Positions 1-5,560 of a DNA stretch of 9,757 nucleotides are shown in pieces (position 1 is the stretch's first letter; each line of letters begins with the position of its first letter). The translations under genes and the position numbers were made by a program. Source of the stretch: an archaeon (GTDB lineage Archaea; Iainarchaeota; Iainarchaeia; Iainarchaeales; CSSED10-239); the NCBI GenBank assembly GCA_035390665.1, contig DAOOUC010000018.1:1-9757 (forward strand), in the 5' to 3' direction. The notes under the pieces are model-generated. The model had not been told where the DNA came from, searched no databases, and saw only the letters and a list, made by a program, of their open reading frames with translations.

Positions 1-243
1 ATTTATCGCAACAGGATATGCCCTCCAAATCCAAAAATTTATAACCCCATTTACATTGCCTAAATATTGATTACACTTTATCAAACCATTATCATTTAAA
101 TAATTAAATGCATTATTAATTCTATTCGCCTCCCAGTTTGTTTCATCAATTATCATTTGTGTACCTATTGGTCTTGTACTGTCTTTTATTTGCGAGTTAT
201 AAATATATAGCAATAACTCTCCTGCATCAGATTGAATTGTCAT
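1..243 (-). CDS. Hypothetical protein, N-terminal 81 codons; the gene continues past the left edge of the window
   Basis: Hand translation of the reverse strand from ATG (complement of 241-243) gives MTIQSDAGELLLYIYNSQIKDSTRPIGTQMIIDETNWEANRINNAFNYLNDNGLIKCNQYLGNVNGVINFWIWRAYPVAIN, with no stop through position 1. An 81-codon open frame is unlikely by chance in DNA this AT-rich. A G-rich SD-like TGGGGGC lies 5 nt upstream of the ATG. It is absent from the ORF track, presumably because it is truncated by the window edge. No family recognised. Confidence 0.5.
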   Translation of the reverse strand, partial: MTIQSDAGELLLYIYNSQIKDSTRPIGTQMIIDETNWEANRINNAFNYLNDNGLIKCNQYLGNVNGVINFWIWRAYPVAIN

Positions 244-264
244 TTTATGCCCCCATTCAATAAT

Positions 265-286
265 TACCTTAATTCAAATTAAGGTA
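265..286. promoter_or_regulatory. Perfect 10-bp inverted repeat TACCTTAATT-ca-AATTAAGGTA; candidate operator for a dimeric DNA-binding protein
   Basis: Read directly: 265-274 TACCTTAATT and 277-286 AATTAAGGTA are exact reverse complements with a 2-nt spacer. That loop is too tight for a stable RNA hairpin, so a DNA-level site is more likely. It lies 22 nt upstream of the ATG of the 1-243 gene, just downstream (in that gene's direction) of an ATATATAT TATA-like run at 287-294. Confidence 0.4.
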
Positions 287-295
287 TATATATTA

Positions 296-374
296 GGGGT
301 GCCCAGAGGTAGTCATTTTCGGGGGGGTAGCTGTCCAATGGGAATTTTTGTGAATTCGCTAAATTCCCACCCCG
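296..374 (+). other. GC-rich nested-stem element in an otherwise AT-rich spacer; possible small structured RNA or a regulatory/recombination site
   Basis: The outer stem GGGGTG (296-301) pairs with CACCCC (369-374). The inner stem GGGAATTT (340-347) pairs with AAATTCCC (361-368) around a 13-nt loop containing GAATTC. A G7 run lies at 321-327. Strand of any transcript is unknown. No tRNA cloverleaf could be built on either strand. Confidence 0.3.
317..340 (+). repeat. Left copy of a direct repeat bracketing the R-M gene pair (TTTCG..GGGTAGCTGTCCAATG)
   Basis: The core GGGTAGCTGTCCAATG (325-340) matches GGGTAGTTGTCCAGTG (2378-2393) at 14/16 positions; both differences are transitions. Each core is preceded by TTTCG, and both copies are in the same orientation. 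The word is G/C-rich in an AT-rich genome, and both copies are intergenic. Confidence 0.45.
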
Positions 375-456
375 AGTCTCAAAAACACAAAATTAATGAG
401 GTTTTTATTTGTTTTGTCGCAAATATTTTTAATTAACTAACCAATTCGGTGATTAA

Positions 457-1158
457 ATGGTATTAGGGTTAAATAAAGGGCACAAATATGAGGATTTCAT
501 ATTTGATAGACTTGAAAAATTAAATTTAATGTATCCTGGGACTAAGAAAGAAGGTATGGCTGGGGGAGTTGATTCCATATTCTGTCATAATGGAAAGCCT
601 TATTCTTTGGAAATTAAAGATGGATTAGAAGCAGATTATGGGCAAAAAAAATTTAATTGGGATAATACAAATGGTTGGGACTGGTCAGTACATGATGAAG
701 TAACTGATTTTTACACAGGTCTTGGAGTTCTTTCATATGTGCAAGAAAAAAAAATTAAACCTAATCGCTATTTAAAAGAAAAATCTAAAATCACTTATGG
801 AGACGCTAAAGAAGATCAAACGAAATTTGAAGATAGAACGTTTGAAGTAACCGCTGATGCATTGTGGAAGTATTACTCGGCTAAAAATGTACATTATATT
901 CAAGTTGGAAAAGGATATGGTTTTTATCATCTTGATAAAGATATTGCAAAGCTTGGAACCCCGCAATTTAATTGCAGCTACATTTTAAGATTTAGGGCAA
1001 AATATCATGATAGAACAGATCGCCAACATAAAACATATTTGCCGACCCCCTGGAACTATAGTTTTTTTGCAGTACTAAAAGTTAAAACTAAACCAATACC
1101 ATCTAAATATAATATAGAAAAAAGTGACGGACAAGAATTACCACCAATAAATCCTTAA
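457..1158 (+). CDS. Putative type II restriction endonuclease (PD-(D/E)xK fold candidate), partner of the adjacent C5 methyltransferase
   Basis: 233-aa ORF with SD GGTGA 4 nt upstream of the ATG. It is convergent with, and only 10 nt from, the C5-MTase gene. It carries a PD-(D/E)xK-like signature, GGVD39-x12-E52-I-K54 (VDSIFCHNGKPYSLEIKD), with E12 available on a preceding helix. I could not recognise a specific enzyme family or specificity. Confidence 0.6.
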   Translation: MVLGLNKGHKYEDFIFDRLEKLNLMYPGTKKEGMAGGVDSIFCHNGKPYSLEIKDGLEADYGQKKFNWDNTNGWDWSVHDEVTDFYTGLGVLSYVQEKKIKPNRYLKEKSKITYGDAKEDQTKFEDRTFEVTADALWKYYSAKNVHYIQVGKGYGFYHLDKDIAKLGTPQFNCSYILRFRAKYHDRTDRQHKTYLPTPWNYSFFAVLKVKTKPIPSKYNIEKSDGQELPPINP

Positions 1159-1168
1159 TATTAGTGGA

Positions 1169-2299
1169 TTATTCTTGCTTTTTATAGTTAAATGCGTGTT
1201 TTCTTACATGCATTATCTTTGTAGCCGGTTCTTTTACTTTTTCTTTAAGTTTATCCGTTTCTAAAATGGATTTGCCCAGCGCTTTAGCCAATAAAGGGGG
1301 AACCGCATTACCTATTTGTCTCCACTGTTGAGAAACAGTCCCTTCAAAAATAAAATCATTTGGAAAACTTTGAATCGCCGCTGCTTCTCTCGCAGTAATA
1401 AATCTATTTTCTATTGGATGATAATAAGAATATCTCCCAGTCATTATTGTAGGGGATGGTTCAGATCTATTTAATCGTTGATATTTTGTTTGCCTAAATC
1501 TACCTTCATCTATTTTTTCCCAATCTACATCCAACCTAAGTTCTTTTGGTAAATAACTTAATTCATCCTTTTGATATCTTATTCCACAACCTTCTGGAAT
1601 ATATTTAATTCTTTTTAAGTCAATATCTTTTGTTATTTCTGCAGATTTTAAATCGTGATTATTTATTTTTGAACAATTATTAAAATTAGCAAACGCCTCC
1701 CCAACTGTTTTAGCGGGTTTGTCGTTATAATCAAATATTTGAATTGGCCATTTTATTTCATAACCCAATCTATTTCCTAGAAATATCGTTCGCCTTCTTC
1801 TTTCGGGGACTCCATAATGGCTAGCAGTAAGAACTCTTGGTTCTATATGATATCCTAATTTTTCAAATTCTGAAATTATCCCATCTGATATGTTCTGATT
1901 TTTTTTACTTACCATACCGGTAACATTTTCTAAAAGAATATATTCAGGATTAATTTTAGAAACGATTCTTACAAATTCTTTAAATAAAAAATTTCTGGGG
2001 TCATCTGGATTCCCTTTTCCTACTGTCGACATACCTTGACATGGTGGACCACCACAAACTAATTTTATTTCTTTATCCCCAATAATTTGTTCCAGTTTTT
2101 CGGAAGTTAATTTAGAAATATCTTCTGCAAAGACACTTGATTTAGGGTGATTTTTCTTAAAAGTATTTATCGCAGATTTATCATTATCTACTCCTAAAAC
2201 ACATGACAATCCAGCCATTTCTAAGCCTTTAGAAAGACCTCCTGCCCCACAAAAGAGATCAATAAAATAAAATTCATCTCCTTTATTATTTTTAATCAT
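1169..2299 (-). CDS. DNA (cytosine-5)-methyltransferase, type II R-M modification subunit
   Basis: The canonical C5-MTase motifs appear in order: I FIDLFCGAGGLSKG; IV GGPPCQGMS (catalytic Cys); VI LLENVTG; VIII PERRRRTIFLG; IX ITAREAAAIQSFPNDF; X QIGNAVPP. 376 aa. A TTTAAATA TATA-like box lies about 22-29 nt upstream of the ATG and there is no SD, so the transcript may be leaderless. Confidence 0.93.
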   Translation of the reverse strand: MIKNNKGDEFYFIDLFCGAGGLSKGLEMAGLSCVLGVDNDKSAINTFKKNHPKSSVFAEDISKLTSEKLEQIIGDKEIKLVCGGPPCQGMSTVGKGNPDDPRNFLFKEFVRIVSKINPEYILLENVTGMVSKKNQNISDGIISEFEKLGYHIEPRVLTASHYGVPERRRRTIFLGNRLGYEIKWPIQIFDYNDKPAKTVGEAFANFNNCSKINNHDLKSAEITKDIDLKRIKYIPEGCGIRYQKDELSYLPKELRLDVDWEKIDEGRFRQTKYQRLNRSEPSPTIMTGRYSYYHPIENRFITAREAAAIQSFPNDFIFEGTVSQQWRQIGNAVPPLLAKALGKSILETDKLKEKVKEPATKIMHVRKHAFNYKKQE

Positions 2300-2371
2300 A
2301 TTTTATCAATATTTCATAATCTATTTAAAATTGGATTTTAATATAATATAGAATTTATTTGTTTATATAGC

Positions 2372-2393
2372 TTTCGAGGGTAGTTGTCCAGTG
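2372..2393 (+). repeat. Right copy of the direct repeat bracketing the R-M gene pair (TTTCGA-GGGTAGTTGTCCAGTG)
   Basis: See the left copy at 317-340. This copy lies 6 nt beyond the stop codon of the Nudix gene (2400-2402) and about 78 nt upstream of the MTase ATG. Confidence 0.45.
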
Positions 2394-2399
2394 CAAAAA

Positions 2400-2909
2400 T
2401 TAAATTTTTACAATAAAATGTTTAATTGCTTCTCTAAAGGTGGGGGCAAAAGATTCTGGGTTTTTGTTTATTTCTTCTTTGATTTCTTCTAAACTGAAAT
2501 CTTTAAAGTATTGAATTTCTTCTGGATTTGGAGTAAACTGACTTGAAGAGATTTCTTCTTTTGTGGTGTATACTTTAAAAAAAGCTTTATAGTGGTCTTG
2601 ATGATAAAAGAAAGAACATATTTCTTCTAGTTCTAAACTTATCCCTACTTCTTCTATTGATTCTCTTATTGCAGCTTCTAGATATGATTCTCCTGCTAAG
2701 GCTTTTCCACCAATACAACAAATCCAAGTGTCTGGAAATGGTTCTTGTGTTTTTGACCTTTTAGAAAGAATAAACCTATTATTAAAAGTTCTTGGAATAA
2801 CCAAAGAACATCTATGTATGAACATCTTTTTCTTTAACTCTGATTTTGGATGAACAGCTATTATGTTACCATTAATGTCTAGCTCTTCAATTTGTTCTTC
2901 TAATGACAT
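2400..2909 (-). CDS. Nudix hydrolase (sequence pattern resembles the isopentenyl-diphosphate-isomerase-like branch)
   Basis: Nudix box GX5EX7REUXEEXGU is present as GKALAGESYLEAAIRESIEEVGI. The preceding FPDTWICCIGG, and the N-terminal 'LD.nG......H' layout, resemble type 1 IDI-like Nudix proteins, but the IDI His and the downstream Glu pair are not evident. I place the start at ATG 2909 (MSLEEQ...) rather than the track's TTG at 2918. Confidence 0.8.
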   Translation of the reverse strand: MSLEEQIEELDINGNIIAVHPKSELKKKMFIHRCSLVIPRTFNNRFILSKRSKTQEPFPDTWICCIGGKALAGESYLEAAIRESIEEVGISLELEEICSFFYHQDHYKAFFKVYTTKEEISSSQFTPNPEEIQYFKDFSLEEIKEEINKNPESFAPTFREAIKHFIVKI

Positions 2910-3035
2910 AAAAATCAAGAATTATTATTTTCCGGGCTTTCCCCAATATTCATTATACTTTTCTATTGAAAACCTTACTTCATTTTTTTTAAGTTTCTAA
3001 ATTAATGCTTTTTCTAAATCTATATTGTTTCTATT

Positions 3036-3800
3036 TCAATTTATTATAATTACATCATCAATATCTGCAATTTTTTTGTTATTATAATATATAGAAACTC
3101 TTACAATATAGTTACCTGCCGAGGTTATTTTAATTGGACCCTGGTCTGTGCCAATTATAAGAATTGTATCTGTTTCACTAAAATCATCATATCCGGCTAA
3201 TGCAACAGAATACATTTGTTCGTCTTCAGGATACATATAATCTACTAAAATATTATTTATCTTAGAATCATATGAGTGAATCAATTTGTTATTTAAATAA
3301 ACGCTGGATTTCGTAAGGAATTTATCTAAATCTAATTTTGTACATCCTGAATTTTCTATATATATGGGATAATAATATATCCAGCCTTCATTTAATGAAG
3401 GATAATATTTATATATATTAGATTTGTCTAAAAATTGATTTTTTTCAAAAGCATTATATATAGATATCTTTTCATAATTTTTATTTTCTAATTTTGCACA
3501 AAAAGCATCATTAATTATATTTTTTTGACTATCTAAATATGATATTATATTATCACATTCTTCTTGGTTGTTTTTAATATCTCCATTAAAACATTGAAAT
3601 TTATAAATCGGCTTATCAATATAAATCTTATTCTCAACTTCTTTAGTTTTATATTCAATTTTTGCAGGACATGTTGAGCAATTTAATTCTGGGCAATTAC
3701 AATCTTTATTTAATATAGAAAATAAGATTATAAAAAATATTAAAATACCTACAATTAATGGAATACCCCACCAAGTTTTAAACCAATTATTTTTATTCAT
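3036..3800 (-). CDS. Signal-anchored, Cys-rich exported protein of unknown function (third gene of the operon)
   Basis: 254 aa. It has an N-terminal hydrophobic anchor (WWGIPLIVGILIFFIILFSIL) followed immediately by a CNCPELNCSTCP cysteine cluster and an N/Y/I-rich, probably beta-rich, domain. AAGGA lies 9 nt upstream of the ATG, and the gap to the upstream gene is only 19 nt. No family recognised. Confidence 0.6.
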   Translation of the reverse strand: MNKNNWFKTWWGIPLIVGILIFFIILFSILNKDCNCPELNCSTCPAKIEYKTKEVENKIYIDKPIYKFQCFNGDIKNNQEECDNIISYLDSQKNIINDAFCAKLENKNYEKISIYNAFEKNQFLDKSNIYKYYPSLNEGWIYYYPIYIENSGCTKLDLDKFLTKSSVYLNNKLIHSYDSKINNILVDYMYPEDEQMYSVALAGYDDFSETDTILIIGTDQGPIKITSAGNYIVRVSIYYNNKKIADIDDVIIIN

Positions 3801-3819
3801 ATATTTTTCCTTTTATATT

Positions 3820-4416
3820 TTATAACCAATGTTTCTTTACCCAATTAATTATTTTTTCTTTTAAATAAAATTCCATATATAATACAAATCCAATTAGGAA
3901 TATTATGGAAATTGGAATAAATATCTTAAATACAGAAACCATTCCCATATATAAAAAAATAAAAACTAGAATAAAGAATAGTGTGGCTAAACAACCATAA
4001 GCTCCCCATATCCAAAAAGAAATTATACTTTCTTCTTCAATTTTCTTTTTTTTAGAACAACTTATATAATGTTTAGTAAGTAATTTTTCTGACACAAACT
4101 TAAATTCACAATATTTACACACAAAGTTTGATTCTCGTATCTTTGTATTTACTTCTGGAACTTCCTCATTTTTATCAGAAATAAGCCCTAAATCTAATTC
4201 TATATCTTCTATCTTTGAATTTAATATTATTGATCTTACTATTCCTACAATTAAAACCACAAATGCTATAATCCATTCTAAACTGAATTCAATTCTCAAA
4301 TTTTTAAAAGTAAATAACGGTACAAATAATAAAATAAGTATTGCAATTATAACCATTATGGCATTACCTAATCGTTGATTTTTTAACAATTTTAATTTTT
4401 GTTCAGATTTATTCAA
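3820..4416 (-). CDS. Four-TM membrane protein with a classical C2H2-type (C2HC) zinc finger in the central loop (second gene of the operon)
   Basis: 198 aa. Hydrophobic segments lie at about aa 19-37, 48-66, 130-158 and 163-185. The loop carries F-V-C-x2-C-x3-F-x5-L-x2-H-x3-C (aa 98-120, nt 4057-4125). The start is TTG, supported by AAAGGTG 5 nt upstream; the next Met falls inside TM1. Confidence 0.6.
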   Translation of the reverse strand: MNKSEQKLKLLKNQRLGNAIMVIIAILILLFVPLFTFKNLRIEFSLEWIIAFVVLIVGIVRSIILNSKIEDIELDLGLISDKNEEVPEVNTKIRESNFVCKYCEFKFVSEKLLTKHYISCSKKKKIEEESIISFWIWGAYGCLATLFFILVFIFLYMGMVSVFKIFIPISIIFLIGFVLYMEFYLKEKIINWVKKHWL

Positions 4417-4460
4417 AACAACACCTTTTTTTATAAAATATTATATTAGAATGTATATTT

Positions 4461-5483
4461 TTATATTCGTATTAATTCTTTTAACCCGTTTCTGTCTATT
4501 AATTTAATATTATTTGAATGAGCTAATTTCATTGCTGGTTTTGAAAAATAATTGTTTGTAATAACAACCCCTTCATCAGCAGAATAATGCTTTACTGCGG
4601 CAACAATTTCTTGTACTGCTTTTTCTCCCACAGTATTTGACCAACATTTTGCTTGAATTACTGTTTTTTTACCATATTTTTCTAAAACTAAATCTGCACC
4701 ATAATCTGTTGATTTTGGAGTATCTTTAACAGAATATCCTTTCTTTTTATAGATTTCAATTAATAGATTTTCAAAATCTACACCAGATAATAAATCAATT
4801 CTTTCTAATGTTATAGATTTATTTGGTGTTTTATATTTTTCATCTAAATATTTTAATTTTTGGTTTTTAGAATAGTCATTAATATCTAATAATATATCCG
4901 ATTGTTCTTTAAATATTTTCTTACTTTTTAAATATTCTTTAAAAATACAAAGCAACATTTCATTTTTTTCATTTGGATAATTCAGATCAACATATGTACC
5001 TAAATAAGAATTATAATTGCTTTTAATAGATTTACTTAATTGATTGAACATCTCTTTTTGCATTTTAGAGTTTATTTCTAATATAATTATATCTTTTAAA
5101 TCACTATCTGATAAATTCACTCCTTTGCTTTCTAATAATTGAGACAAATCTTCTATTTTAGCCTCTGGAAACCCCCTTTTATTTATATAATCGTTATAAT
5201 TTACTTCTTGCGATATGAAATTAGAAATAATCTTTTTTGTAGAATTATTAAGAGTTTCATAATTATTAATTAATTTCTGGTTTTTCTTTTCGGCTATGTC
5301 CAAGTTAAAATATAACATTGCAAGATAAGTTATTAAGAGAATTAAAAACAAGCTAAATACAATAATACTCGCCGAAGAAAGAACAAAAAAAGTTATTAAT
5401 ACAGATAATGCGACTGCCTTTAATTTTTTGTCTTGCGTTTTCCAAGATTTTCTTATTTTATTAAAAAAATTACTCGTAATCAT
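4461..5483 (-). CDS. Membrane-anchored protein with a C-terminal Mrr-type restriction endonuclease domain (Mrr_cat-like; first gene of the operon)
   Basis: 340 aa. A 37-residue hydrophobic hairpin (aa 23-59) is followed by a K/N/E-rich helical linker. The C-terminal ~110 aa (about nt 4476-4808) read VDFENLLIEIYKKKGYSVKDTPKSTDYGADLVLEKYGKKTVIQAKCWSNTVGEKAVQEIVAAVKHYSADEGVVITNNYFSKPAMKLAHSNNIKLIDRNGL. This follows the Mrr_cat pattern (FE.l...l....Gy.v......D.G.D........k..iQ.K......vg...v.e..ga......d.g..it...F...A...A....i.L.d...l), including the D...QxK catalytic arrangement. Confidence 0.75.
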   Translation of the reverse strand: MITSNFFNKIRKSWKTQDKKLKAVALSVLITFFVLSSASIIVFSLFLILLITYLAMLYFNLDIAEKKNQKLINNYETLNNSTKKIISNFISQEVNYNDYINKRGFPEAKIEDLSQLLESKGVNLSDSDLKDIIILEINSKMQKEMFNQLSKSIKSNYNSYLGTYVDLNYPNEKNEMLLCIFKEYLKSKKIFKEQSDILLDINDYSKNQKLKYLDEKYKTPNKSITLERIDLLSGVDFENLLIEIYKKKGYSVKDTPKSTDYGADLVLEKYGKKTVIQAKCWSNTVGEKAVQEIVAAVKHYSADEGVVITNNYFSKPAMKLAHSNNIKLIDRNGLKELIRI

Positions 5484-5525
5484 TTAAATCACATACAATA
5501 AATTTATTAGATTTATAGTCTGAAT

Positions 5526-5555
5526 CTCTTTAAAAATACTACTTTTACCACAGAA
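5526..5555 (-). promoter_or_regulatory. Conserved 30-nt block, copy 1 (minus strand TTCTGTGGTAAAAGTAGTATTTTTAAAGAG); candidate promoter element for the 4461-5483 operon
   Basis: It is 28/30 identical to 8683-8712. Both copies sit about 45-50 nt upstream of a minus-strand start codon, contain a TTTTTAAA TATA-like core, and are followed by similar TTATA..CT.AA spacers and a GTGAT SD. Confidence 0.45.
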
Positions 5556-5560
5556 TCTAC

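Noticed and set aside
296-374. Possible tRNA or tRNA fragment (integration target), given the GC-rich stems and the flanking repeat
   Set aside because: I tried cloverleaf assignments on both strands. The acceptor-like stem has only 6 bp plus a mismatch, the would-be T arm has a 13-15-nt loop instead of 7, and no D-arm or anticodon-arm pairing can be formed. It is kept only as an unclassified structured element.
338-436. 32-codon ORF (MGIFVNSLNSHPESQKHKINEVFICFVANIFN*) in the spacer upstream of the REase gene
   Set aside because: It has no SD-like sequence upstream and begins inside the GC-rich stem element. It is too short and featureless to support, and it is not long enough to be a controller (C) protein with an HTH.
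443-452. Identical 10-mer AATTCGGTGA upstream of both the REase start (443-452) and the SAM-methyltransferase start (complement of 7831-7840)
   Set aside because: It is most simply explained as a shared strong ribosome-binding-site context (GGTGA core). It is too short to argue for a common origin or a regulator site.
746-754. A9 homopolymer (and A8 at 644-651) inside the REase ORF, plus T8 at 1898-1905 in the MTase ORF, as possible phase-variation tracts
   Set aside because: Runs of 8-9 A/T encoding Lys/Phe are frequent throughout this AT-rich window, including in housekeeping-type genes. Without population data showing length variation there is no reason to single these out.
772-966. 64-aa ORF on the minus strand from the ORF track
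   Set aside because: It lies entirely antisense inside the 233-aa REase candidate. It has a low-complexity F/I/K-rich composition typical of antisense frames in AT-rich DNA, no RBS and no recognisable motif.
2910-2918. Alternative upstream starts given by the ORF track: TTG 2918 for the Nudix gene, and likewise GTG 8646 for the SDR gene
   Set aside because: In both cases an ATG lies 3 codons downstream and gives a canonical N-terminus. For the SDR gene the GTG lies inside the GTGAT SD that serves the ATG. I moved the starts to 2909 and 8637.
2951-2981. Possible fourth, highly degenerate copy of the NTase 3'-end motif upstream of the Nudix gene (minus strand GAAGTAAG..AAAAGTATAATG versus GAAGTAAGAAAGAGTATAAAG)
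   Set aside because: The matching pieces are only 6-8 nt each, are AT-rich, and need an 11-nt insertion to align. This is within what chance could give in this composition. It is worth re-testing with a real alignment but is not reportable as a feature.
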